Sequence record: NC_070936.1
Direction: 5' to 3' (one strand)
DNA: 64,000 nucleotides
In this document: piece after piece, positions 27,689-36,572 of the stretch
Layout: the number at the start of each line of letters is the position of its first letter
Numbering within the stretch: position 1 is the first letter of the stretch
The notes under the pieces: generated by a model
Told to the model about the DNA's origin: nothing
The model's database searches: none
The model's input: only the letters and a program-made list of their open reading frames with translations
Program-made: the position numbers and the translations under genes

Positions 27689-28493
27689 TATGGTAGACAA
27701 AACTCAATTTGAAGGCATTGACAGATCTAAGCATGGTAAATTGATTGAATTCATGACTGATGCTTTCCGTTCGGTAGAGATTGCTGGTAAGAACGTTATC
27801 CAAACTCCAGATGGTGAATTCATCGAATATGTTCTTATGGAAGAACAGTACTTCGTTGATAACTGGTTGGTGCAGTTTGCTATTGGGCATGTGGGAGAGA
27901 AGAACTATTTCAACCACTCTGAATGGTCTCGCTTAACTAATGCATTCACCAAAGGTGTTATCGTACTTAATGAAGATAAACAGCCTGTGGTACTGATCCG
28001 TAAGTTTATTGATATGGATCTTAACTACATGCAGCAACACTATCTTCAGGATGTTGCAGGACAAGCTTCAGATGCTAAATTCATTCCTAATAAGGAAGAA
28101 GCTGATGAGCTGGTTAACCGCTTTGCTGAGGCAGTTAAAGTGATCACTAGTCAGAACCCTGACTACGACACACTGACAAGCATGATTCCAATGGAATACT
28201 ACCTTAGCAAAGGTGTTGATCCAACAGTCGTTAAACAAGTCATCTATATTCGTGATAACTATCAGATTGATAACAAACCTATCGAGCCTGATTGTGAAGT
28301 AATGAAGGAAGTAGAAGCCATCCTTTATAAATATGCACGTAATGAAACTGTTACTGCAAAAGAAAAAGCTTTGGTTCAAGAAGTCACTAATGGCGATTTT
28401 ATTTTCGACGAGACCAGTAATAAGGTAGAAGATAAAGTTAACCAAGCTGGTGAAGATACTCCAGCAGCAGATTTCGATCCATTAGCTGATTAA
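27666..28493 (+). CDS. Conserved hypothetical protein
   Basis: 275 aa, upstream of SbcD; start uncertain. Confidence 0.7.
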   Translation: MIKDVVVDMVDKTQFEGIDRSKHGKLIEFMTDAFRSVEIAGKNVIQTPDGEFIEYVLMEEQYFVDNWLVQFAIGHVGEKNYFNHSEWSRLTNAFTKGVIVLNEDKQPVVLIRKFIDMDLNYMQQHYLQDVAGQASDAKFIPNKEEADELVNRFAEAVKVITSQNPDYDTLTSMIPMEYYLSKGVDPTVVKQVIYIRDNYQIDNKPIEPDCEVMKEVEAILYKYARNETVTAKEKALVQEVTNGDFIFDETSNKVEDKVNQAGEDTPAADFDPLAD

Positions 28494-28519
28494 TGAGCTT
28501 GTGGGTGTAGAGGAAAAAT

Positions 28520-29656
28520 ATGAAAAAGAAATTCTTCGGTGTACAGACCACGGACCAACATTGTCTGCACCCACATACTCCAACCAGACATATTCTAGCC
28601 AACCTTGATAACTTCTACTATAAAGAGTTGAATTTAGAAGAGGTTGACTTTAACATATTAACAGGTGACTTCTTCCATGACTTAGCACCTGCTAACGATC
28701 CAAATATGATGCTCTGTCAACGCTGGATTAAAAAGCACTTGCAGATATGTCATGATAAGAAAGTTCATGTTCGTATTCTTGAAGGTACGTCTTCACACGA
28801 CTGGGGACAACCAGAAGTATTTGATATCCTTAAACCTAAGGATACGCCGTACATTAAGTACATTAACACTTTGTCCATTGAGTATATTCCAGAGTTAGAT
28901 ATCAACGTCATGTACGTTCCTGATAACTTTGGTCATAAGTCTACAGAACTTATTTATGAGGATGCTTTAAAACTTCTAGCAGGAGCTGGACTTAAGCAAG
29001 TTGACTTCATTTTGTTGCATGGTGGATTTGATTATCAGTTACCACCTATCGCCAACAAGAACGGATCACTTTATGATTCTGTTAAATGGTCGGCTTTAGC
29101 TAAGAAAGCAATTTTCAGTGGACACATTCATAAACCAAGTCATAAACTGAATATCTATTGTGGTGGTAGTTTTGACCGTACTGCTTTTGGTGAAATGCAT
29201 CCAAAGGGCGGGTATAAATTCTGGTGGAATGATGATGAGTTTAAAGCTGAGTTCTGGGAGAACCGTAGTGCTTTAATCTATGATAAGATTCTCATTAACC
29301 GTGAGATGACTTCTAAGGAGATTCAAAAGGAATTGAATAACTACTTAGCTAAGAACCCACCTAAGAACACCCACATTCGTTTAGTTGGTGGTTTGGCTTC
29401 TATTACTGGTTCTTTGATCAATGATTATAAAGAACAATACCCTAACTATCATTTTGATCTGGATAATGTAAAAGAAGATAACATCGAAGTAGATGATACT
29501 CTTTATACACCAGAAATGTACACGGGTGTTTCTCTGACTAAGTTAAACCTTCAGGATAGTTTGTTTAACTTCATGGAGTCTACTCTTCAACAGAATGATG
29601 AAATTGATCGTGAGTTGTTGAAGCAGCTCCTCTCAGAGGTAATGGAAGATGACTGA
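28520..29656 (+). CDS. sbcD: SbcD/Mre11-like metallophosphoesterase nuclease (phiKZ gp65-like)
   Basis: Motifs TTDQH, TGDFFH, GTSSHD, LHG, SGHIH, YCGGSFDR..FGE. Confidence 0.9.
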   Translation: MKKKFFGVQTTDQHCLHPHTPTRHILANLDNFYYKELNLEEVDFNILTGDFFHDLAPANDPNMMLCQRWIKKHLQICHDKKVHVRILEGTSSHDWGQPEVFDILKPKDTPYIKYINTLSIEYIPELDINVMYVPDNFGHKSTELIYEDALKLLAGAGLKQVDFILLHGGFDYQLPPIANKNGSLYDSVKWSALAKKAIFSGHIHKPSHKLNIYCGGSFDRTAFGEMHPKGGYKFWWNDDEFKAEFWENRSALIYDKILINREMTSKEIQKELNNYLAKNPPKNTHIRLVGGLASITGSLINDYKEQYPNYHFDLDNVKEDNIEVDDTLYTPEMYTGVSLTKLNLQDSLFNFMESTLQQNDEIDRELLKQLLSEVMEDD

Positions 29657-30443
29657 AAGAACTAAAGGTACACTTCCCATAAGCGTCGGTACGGCGCTTG
29701 CTATTGAAGTGTTGCCTGGGACAGCCATGCATAAGTATGGCGCCCTCCTGATTAACCTCAGGACGATTATCCGTAATGCTAGACAAGCATATGACGATTA
29801 TGTTCCAACGGTTAAGGAATTGACTCAAGCTGTCAAGGAAGACATTGTTGGGATAGCTGAAGCAATAGTCGCGATGAAAATAAAGACAGTCTTGGAATTA
29901 AAGTTTTACTACCCAAGCTATCTATCGTTACCAAGATTATTCCCTTTAGCAAAATTGAAAGATGTTGAAAAGGACGGTAATGAAAATCAGAAGAAACTGG
30001 CTAGACTGGATAAAGATGTTGCAACTAACATCCTAAGAGAGTTTGGAGATAACATCCTTAAAACGGATTCCAAGATTCCTCAGTTTACTCACGACGCACT
30101 GATAATCACTCACCATCCTGTCGATCTGGTTACAACCGAATCTTACGCTCGATTGAACTTATTAGAATCACATACTGGAGCAATAAAGAACTACACATTG
30201 TTCTATACTAAGCTAACAGGTTCTGATAAGTTTACAAACATACCTTTTAATAAACTGACGATACAGATATTTGGAGACAAATCTACAAACTTCTATTCTC
30301 AGTCTTTAGGTGTGAAAAACGAGGTTAAGCAATTGGCTGATACCGCTCGCTGGAGTACAGCTTCAACACCTTCACTAGTTGCACGATCCATTCGATCTTT
30401 GGGCAATACCCCAGAGAAACAAATTCTATTGAAAATGATTTAA
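29649..30443 (+). CDS. Conserved core protein with degenerate PIN/flap-nuclease-like fold (gp66-like)
   Basis: LLINLRTIIRNA, IITHHPVDL, LLESHTG; between SbcD and ChmC. Confidence 0.55.
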   Translation: MTERTKGTLPISVGTALAIEVLPGTAMHKYGALLINLRTIIRNARQAYDDYVPTVKELTQAVKEDIVGIAEAIVAMKIKTVLELKFYYPSYLSLPRLFPLAKLKDVEKDGNENQKKLARLDKDVATNILREFGDNILKTDSKIPQFTHDALIITHHPVDLVTTESYARLNLLESHTGAIKNYTLFYTKLTGSDKFTNIPFNKLTIQIFGDKSTNFYSQSLGVKNEVKQLADTARWSTASTPSLVARSIRSLGNTPEKQILLKMI

Positions 30444-30457
30444 ATAAGGAAACTACT

Positions 30458-31225
30458 ATGAGCCAGCAACAAAACTTCGTACGTCGCCCGCAGACCATGT
30501 TCAACGATTTCCGTTATCCGATGCCTACTTCTGATAAACCAGTTGAAGGTGCCAAATACCCAGCACGCTGGGTTTGGGACTTCGGTCTGAATGGTAACAT
30601 CTACTTCAAAGTTAACGATGGTGTTTGGGGTAAAGATGACCGCAACGCTAAATCTAAAGAAGTAGAACTGTCAGTATTCGACCGTGGTGCTCTGCTGAAT
30701 CTGATGGAGAATGCGATCAATGATCCTAACTTCACCAAAGCTCAGTATCATGTTAAGAAAATTACCTTTGGTTCTGGTGGTCGTCTGAATGATCATCCGT
30801 CTACTCTGGGTACCTTCACTGTAATCCGTGATCAACATGGTCGCATCCTGGTTGGTTACACCAAAGGAACTTACAAAGTAATGTTCCCGTTCACTTCTCC
30901 ATTTGAATCAACTATCCTGGTTTCTTCTAATGGTGGTGAACCAACTGAAGATCGTGGCCTGATGTCTCGCGTTTACTGCAAAGCCTTCATCGACTTCTCT
31001 CGTAAATTCATGGATCAATATGAATGGGATAACTACAAACCTAAAGAGAAGAAAGGTGGCGACAACGGCGGTAACAACCGTGGTAACGGCGGTGGAAACT
31101 CTTGGGGTAACAATAACAACCAAGGTGGCGGAAACAGCTGGGGTGGCAATGGCGGAAATAATAACCAGTCTTCTGGTCAAACTCGCCAGGCTCCTACCGA
31201 CTTCGATGATGACATCGACTTCTAA
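30458..31225 (+). CDS. chmC: ChmC-like nucleus-associated RNA-binding protein (Whirly fold plus N/G-rich tail)
   Basis: Directly upstream of the gp68-like RNAP subunit; C-terminal GGDNGGNNRGNGGGNSWGNNNNQGGG IDR ending in acidic DFDDDIDF. Confidence 0.72.
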   Translation: MSQQQNFVRRPQTMFNDFRYPMPTSDKPVEGAKYPARWVWDFGLNGNIYFKVNDGVWGKDDRNAKSKEVELSVFDRGALLNLMENAINDPNFTKAQYHVKKITFGSGGRLNDHPSTLGTFTVIRDQHGRILVGYTKGTYKVMFPFTSPFESTILVSSNGGEPTEDRGLMSRVYCKAFIDFSRKFMDQYEWDNYKPKEKKGGDNGGNNRGNGGGNSWGNNNNQGGGNSWGGNGGNNNQSSGQTRQAPTDFDDDIDF

Positions 31226-31242
31226 TTCATAATACCATAACT

Positions 31243-31275
31243 GAGAGTATCCCTTCGGGGATACTCTCTCTATGT
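31243..31275 (+). terminator. Intrinsic terminator (UUCG loop)
   Basis: gagagtatccc-ttcg-gggatactctc. Confidence 0.8.
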
Positions 31276-31351
31276 TTGTTTGTTATTTTAATTAATAACT
31301 CTATGATCCATATCCTGTCAATTCATTTTATAATCTCTAAAAATGTTTAGG

Positions 31352-31373
31352 CAGATATTATTAGAGTGTATAA
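31352..31373 (+). promoter_or_regulatory. Putative promoter
   Basis: cagatattattagagtgtataa. Confidence 0.7.
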
Positions 31374-31405
31374 ACATAAATGAATTTAGTTTAGGAGGAT
31401 GTGCA

Positions 31406-33046
31406 ATGCTACGTTATGATATCCGAATGAGCGGCAAGAAGAACATTGACGCCATTGTTGTTTCTTATAAAGGTGAGGAGATTATCTTCCGAGGCGTTCA
31501 GAAAGTAAATGGTGGGGATGCCGACCAGGAACTGTTCGAATATCTGAATGAATTCTTCCAGGGTTGTATGCCCAAGAAAATCGATAAACTGTGGGATCTT
31601 CTAAAGCGGGGCAAGAAGATTTTGGAACCAGGTTATTTCGATGAGGTTGATTCTGCTGACCTTGCTGAACTCAGAAAGAATAATGGTGATTATCGATATC
31701 TCCAAGAAAAGCTGGAACCGATCATTCGTGAGATCTATGAAACCATCCCTCCTAATGAAGTAGGTTACGGTGCGATGGTAACTGGTCGTTGTGAAGCTCC
31801 TAGAGATCTGATGGCGATGTCTCAACTGGGTGATTATCCAGAAGAAACTACCATCGACAACATTAAGTATGGTGAGTTGGTTAAGTTGGCTTTTGCAGCT
31901 CAGCTGTCATTCCCAATTATCAACCAGTTCCTTGATCATGTTGTTGATCTGACCGGTAAAGACTATAAAGATGCAACTGCCGGCTCCATTATGGCAAACA
32001 TCTCTCAGTTAACTGCAATGGATGGATGGAAGATTCTCGATACCTACGTTCGAGCATCCTGCCTCCGTCAGGAAGCAAGACGCAACAGTATCGGTGTAGT
32101 TAGTGATGTGAAGTATATTGACTATATCGTATATAAAGGTTTGTTTAACAAATTGTGTCTGACCTTCTTGCCAAGTAAAATCAATGGCAAAAATCTTTCT
32201 AAAGAACTGAACAGTTTAGTAGAAGGTGAGATTCGTGGCGGAGCTGATATTAAGTTCAAAACTTATAAAGATCCAAAGCCAGGTTCTGATGATCAATCGA
32301 TTCCAGAATCCTATCGAATTACTCAAGCAGTAAACGGTACCGATGAAATTGCTCAGGCTGAGTATTTCACATTCGATTTATATATCGAAGAACACACCCA
32401 AGATCAATGGGGTAATCCGGTAGTTAACTATCGTAAGAAGAATAAAGATTTCTTCTCCCATCAGTGTCGCGGGCTCGGTATCAAAAACCAGTTCTTGGCT
32501 GAACGTCTATTTAACACATTACCACGTGTCTGGGAATTCCGACTGACTTCTATCCATATGAAGTTACTCCAACTGGCATTCATCGAAGACATTAACTATA
32601 ACCTGATCCCGGTCCTGAACTATGACCAATTGATGTCAGCTATTTGTCTGGCACAAGTTAAACTGTTTGAAATGGGATTCGAACATTTGGCATGTCTGTG
32701 CTCTATCGTTCGTAATCCAACTTATCCTGTAACGTTCCTGGATGATGACTTTAAGTTGTCCACCAAAGATCGCGAAATGCTAACCGAAATGTGTGATGTA
32801 TATGTGGGTCAATCTGTATCCACCACTGAAAACATTCTGGTTAAATCTGTATCTGATTTCCTGGATGAACTCAGTACCTCTGGTTGGGATTCTACTATTG
32901 AACCTGGTCTATTAGGTAATGAGAAATTTGTGAACGCAATGGCTTCCGGTCAAATGTATCAGGTAGACCTGGTCCCCGAAGTTAAACGTGAACTCCTGGA
33001 ATTAGTTAAATTAACAAACACTGTAGAAGAGAAGGAAGCTGAATAA
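31406..33046 (+). CDS. Non-virion RNAP promoter-specificity subunit (phiKZ gp68-like)
   Basis: aggagg RBS before ATG 31406; size and synteny (ChmC-gp68-PicA-gp70-nvRNAP beta). Confidence 0.72.
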   Translation: MLRYDIRMSGKKNIDAIVVSYKGEEIIFRGVQKVNGGDADQELFEYLNEFFQGCMPKKIDKLWDLLKRGKKILEPGYFDEVDSADLAELRKNNGDYRYLQEKLEPIIREIYETIPPNEVGYGAMVTGRCEAPRDLMAMSQLGDYPEETTIDNIKYGELVKLAFAAQLSFPIINQFLDHVVDLTGKDYKDATAGSIMANISQLTAMDGWKILDTYVRASCLRQEARRNSIGVVSDVKYIDYIVYKGLFNKLCLTFLPSKINGKNLSKELNSLVEGEIRGGADIKFKTYKDPKPGSDDQSIPESYRITQAVNGTDEIAQAEYFTFDLYIEEHTQDQWGNPVVNYRKKNKDFFSHQCRGLGIKNQFLAERLFNTLPRVWEFRLTSIHMKLLQLAFIEDINYNLIPVLNYDQLMSAICLAQVKLFEMGFEHLACLCSIVRNPTYPVTFLDDDFKLSTKDREMLTEMCDVYVGQSVSTTENILVKSVSDFLDELSTSGWDSTIEPGLLGNEKFVNAMASGQMYQVDLVPEVKRELLELVKLTNTVEEKEAE

Positions 33047-34590
33047 TGAACATGACTCTGGTAAAAGCGCGCGCTGGTCTGACTAACTACTATCATCAGC
33101 AGGTTATCCGAAATGCAGCAATGGACATCGATTCCACTTTGATCGATCAGCTGACTGAAGAAAACCTGATGGGTGGTGTTAAAGCATCGACTCTGCAGAT
33201 GGCCGCGGTTTATTCCGGCGGTCTTAATGCTCAGGCATCTGACTTTGCAAATATCATGGGTGGTTGGAACGAATCCAAAGGTTTGATGATGCTGGACTTC
33301 ATCACTCAGGATTCTCCAGTAGCCGTTGAATATATGCACGTCATTGGTTATGTTACCAACAATGGTTCTGATCAAGGTTTAACAACCGATGCGATCTTCA
33401 CTCCAGTAATGAGTTGGAAATCTCATGAAACCATCACAGCTAACCTGATGGGTGGGGATAATCCAACAACAACTCGTCGCATGATCGGTGGTCGTACTGA
33501 CTATCTGTTGAACGATGGTTCTCAGGCTCAGGGCATGGTATCCATGCGACCTAATGATGTCATTGACTTCTCCATCGAACGTGCATCTGCTCAAGATGTT
33601 ATCGAACGTATGGAAGATGAAGGTCTGACCGGTCAGGTTCCACAGATCGGTGTGGCTGGTACTGATATTGGTCGTGTTGGTGTGATTGCATCTAAGCGTA
33701 ATAACTTGAACCCAAGTTCTTATGCAAAAGACATCCTGGCTGCAGGTACAGGTTATCAACGTAACCAACAACTCAGCAGCAACATGATGGATAACATGGG
33801 TGAAAACCTGACAGCCTTTGATGGAATGTTTAACGAACTGGCTAACATCTCCTATCAGGCAAGTAACAAAGAACCGCAGCTTCTGCGTGATGACTTCTTC
33901 CGTTCTATGATGGATGTAATGGGTCAAGCGCAAATGCGTGGCTTTACTGGTTATCCTATCAGCGATCTGCTGTGTGCATTCGAAAACCTGAACGATGTTC
34001 TTGATCTGACATTCATGGATAAAGGTCAGTTTGCAGTAAATGACTTTACTCAGAACACTGAGAGCATGGGTACTTCTCAAATTGAAGAATTCGTATCTCA
34101 GGAAATCACCATGAACATCATGGACCTGATGATCAAATATGGTCTGTCTGCAATCAACTTCCGTGGTTCTAACTGTGACCACTTTGGTGGCGACGGTAAT
34201 CTGAGCAACGTAGTTATTCTTCCTTATTCTCCGGCATCTCTGTCTGAAGACGATTTCGATATCGGTAATAAGGTACAGGCATTCGTTGACGATCTGACCA
34301 ACCAGATCTTTGCTAAACTCAATGGTCTGCGTAGCTCTGACCTGACGCCAATTCGTTTTGATGTCAATGCTGAACTGTTTGGTACTTGTATCATCAATAT
34401 GGTACGTGTAACTGATACCAACATGAGCAGCGGTTTCAACCTGCAGGAAACTGGAGTTCCTACTGGTATGTGTTCTCGTGTATATCCAACTTATGCACTC
34501 AATAACTATTCTCCAGTTATTGGTAATAAAGAACAGGCACAGATTGCAGGTTCTAACTTCTTCACCAATATCAACAACTACTTCTCTTAA
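33046..34590 (+). CDS. picA: PicA/Imp1 nuclear protein importer (phiKZ gp69-like)
   Basis: Synteny after the gp68-like gene; 514 aa; contains SMRPNDVI and SKRNNL.P..Y; call rests mainly on gene order. Confidence 0.72.
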   Translation: MNMTLVKARAGLTNYYHQQVIRNAAMDIDSTLIDQLTEENLMGGVKASTLQMAAVYSGGLNAQASDFANIMGGWNESKGLMMLDFITQDSPVAVEYMHVIGYVTNNGSDQGLTTDAIFTPVMSWKSHETITANLMGGDNPTTTRRMIGGRTDYLLNDGSQAQGMVSMRPNDVIDFSIERASAQDVIERMEDEGLTGQVPQIGVAGTDIGRVGVIASKRNNLNPSSYAKDILAAGTGYQRNQQLSSNMMDNMGENLTAFDGMFNELANISYQASNKEPQLLRDDFFRSMMDVMGQAQMRGFTGYPISDLLCAFENLNDVLDLTFMDKGQFAVNDFTQNTESMGTSQIEEFVSQEITMNIMDLMIKYGLSAINFRGSNCDHFGGDGNLSNVVILPYSPASLSEDDFDIGNKVQAFVDDLTNQIFAKLNGLRSSDLTPIRFDVNAELFGTCIINMVRVTDTNMSSGFNLQETGVPTGMCSRVYPTYALNNYSPVIGNKEQAQIAGSNFFTNINNYFS

Positions 34591-34612
34591 TAACTAATTC
34601 GGAATATAGAAA

Positions 34613-36085
34613 ATGAACAAGCTGAACAAACTGTATGAAGCAATGCTGAAATCCTGGGGCTGTGTGTTTAGTGACGACGCAGCAATCATGCTGAACTTCG
34701 CAGGTAACGAAGTACCAGTTAAAGTAGATGATAAACAAACTTATCTGCCTACTTCTGAAAACCTGAACGGTGTGACTATCGGTAAAGTGTTCTTCCATCC
34801 GGCATGTGAATCTATCATGTCTAAAGAAACCGAAATCTTCAAAGTTATCCGTAAATTGACTGCAGCAAAAATCTATGCGGTGTTCCAACCAATCGCTGAA
34901 GTTCTGTTTGCAGCTTCTAGCAAGAAGTCTGGTAAAACTCTGACTGGTAAAATGCTGGAACAGCTGGAACCATTCAAAGCGGCAACCAAAGCGATCAAAC
35001 AGGAAGTGATTGATATCATCAAAACGATCTCTATCACTATTGAAGACAATGGTCTGGATACTCGACTGATTAACTTCAGTCTGATCAAAGGCGGTAAAAC
35101 TGAAGATGATGAATCTATCTATTATACCGCAACTCCAAGCTTCCCGTTCTATACTGAACTGTGTCGCACCATCGGTCAGAACGAACATCTGAAAGCTGCT
35201 GATCGTGTTAGCTTTAATAACATGAATGTATCTATGCAAGCTCTGCGTACAGTTCAGGCTCTGTTTGAATTTGCGCTGCCGGCATGTCTGGATCCATCTC
35301 GTAAGAAGTATTCTACTACTTCTCCTGATGCGGCGCGTCTGGTTGCTTATCTGCATTCTTATGGTCTGATCGCATCTGACCTGAATAGTCTGATCGGTAA
35401 GTTCCGTAAAGAGTTTGACTCCATCGGCATTTATGGTATTGATCTGGAATGGTTATCTGATCTGGATGAAATCGGTGAAATTAAGAAACTGATTCCTTCC
35501 CTGGATTATAATAACTACAACATGACTTCTGCTCCAGAAGCTCCTGCTGCTAACAGTGGTGCTCGTATCTCTAGCTATAACCCAATGGCTGGTGTTATGA
35601 ATACTCCAAGCAGTGGTAATGTTCCAGCTCCTACTGGCGCAAATACTCCGGCGTCTGCACCTAAGACTCCAGATGCGCTGCCTGGTGAAAACTATATCGG
35701 TTGTGACTATAACCAGACTAGTGGTATTTATGAATTTAAATTCCAACAGTCTAATGGTTATATTCGTGTTCGCTGTGTGGCTGAAGATGGTCGTTTCATT
35801 TCTGAAAACTTCCAGAACCCAATGCAGCAACCGAATATGGGGATGGCAATTCCAAATACCGGTCTGAACCCATATGGTATGCCTAACGGTATGATGGTTC
35901 CAAATACCGGTCTTCCAATTGGTATGGGTATGCCTGGTATGATGCGTGACCCGTACACCGGTCAGTATATCCAGGTTCCTCAAAACCAAATGCAGAACAA
36001 CTTCCAACAACCAATGACCACTGGTTTCCAGAACCCAATCGGTGGAATGGAATTCGGTGGTACTGTTGGGATTAACAACTACTAA
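34613..36085 (+). CDS. Conserved nucleus-block protein (phiKZ gp70-like) with low-complexity M/P/G/N/Q tail
   Basis: LYLPT..NL, KVFFHPACE..MSKETEIF; synteny between PicA and nvRNAP beta. Confidence 0.68.
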   Translation: MNKLNKLYEAMLKSWGCVFSDDAAIMLNFAGNEVPVKVDDKQTYLPTSENLNGVTIGKVFFHPACESIMSKETEIFKVIRKLTAAKIYAVFQPIAEVLFAASSKKSGKTLTGKMLEQLEPFKAATKAIKQEVIDIIKTISITIEDNGLDTRLINFSLIKGGKTEDDESIYYTATPSFPFYTELCRTIGQNEHLKAADRVSFNNMNVSMQALRTVQALFEFALPACLDPSRKKYSTTSPDAARLVAYLHSYGLIASDLNSLIGKFRKEFDSIGIYGIDLEWLSDLDEIGEIKKLIPSLDYNNYNMTSAPEAPAANSGARISSYNPMAGVMNTPSSGNVPAPTGANTPASAPKTPDALPGENYIGCDYNQTSGIYEFKFQQSNGYIRVRCVAEDGRFISENFQNPMQQPNMGMAIPNTGLNPYGMPNGMMVPNTGLPIGMGMPGMMRDPYTGQYIQVPQNQMQNNFQQPMTTGFQNPIGGMEFGGTVGINNY

Positions 36086-36107
36086 TCAGAAAACATTTAT
36101 GTAAATA

Positions 36108-36140
36108 ACTACCACCTACTCTATAGTAGGTGGTAGCTTT
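36108..36140. terminator. Bidirectional hairpin between convergent genes
   Basis: actaccacctact-ctat-agtaggtggtagc. Confidence 0.75.
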
Positions 36141-36157
36141 ATATGTTTGTTTTCTTT

Positions 36158-36505
36158 TTATTCTCGTCTTACACGAGTTACCTGTATAACGGAATCAATC
36201 TGTTCCGGAGTAACCGTATAAAGACCTGTAAGATGCATAAAGTCTTGATTGGGATCTTCAATACCATTAAGGTAACTGATAGTCCAAATCAGTTCCTCAG
36301 GAATGGTCGGATTCTCACCGCCTAATTGTCTAAGGAATTTGTGGAAGTTATAACGATAAGCAAACTTTATACTATCCCCGATGAATGGAGAGAAAGAAGC
36401 TTGTGCTAATAGGATCTCCTTACAAGAACGAATTATCGTTTTGTATTCTGGAGTGAAGTAATAAGCATTACTATAAGGAACAATTAAAGGCATAAAAGCA
36501 TCCAA
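36158..36505 (-). CDS. Small protein with T4 gp53/LysM-like motif, possibly baseplate-related
   Basis: EELIWTISYLNGIEDPNQDF resembles the LxWxxxxxNxxxDP motif of gp53-type wedge proteins. Confidence 0.5.
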   Translation of the reverse strand: MDAFMPLIVPYSNAYYFTPEYKTIIRSCKEILLAQASFSPFIGDSIKFAYRYNFHKFLRQLGGENPTIPEELIWTISYLNGIEDPNQDFMHLTGLYTVTPEQIDSVIQVTRVRRE

Positions 36506-36531
36506 TTAATTTTGAGCCAAAGATAATCAGA

Positions 36532-36553
36532 CAGATATTATCTATATGTAATC
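36532..36553 (+). promoter_or_regulatory. Putative promoter
   Basis: cagatattatctatatgtaatc. Confidence 0.6.
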
Positions 36554-36572
36554 AACATAGAGGTATTAGTGA

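Noticed and set aside
30458-31225. Calling this ORF a classical SSB because of its acidic DFDDDIDF tail
   Set aside because: No OB-fold SSB signature at the N-terminus; synteny and the N/G-rich IDR fit ChmC better, though ssDNA binding is not excluded.
33379-36010. Long antisense ORFs (33379-34182, 34571-35356, 35453-36010) over picA and the gp70-like gene
   Set aside because: Same codon-bias shadow; compositions are unnatural and fully overlap clear + strand genes.
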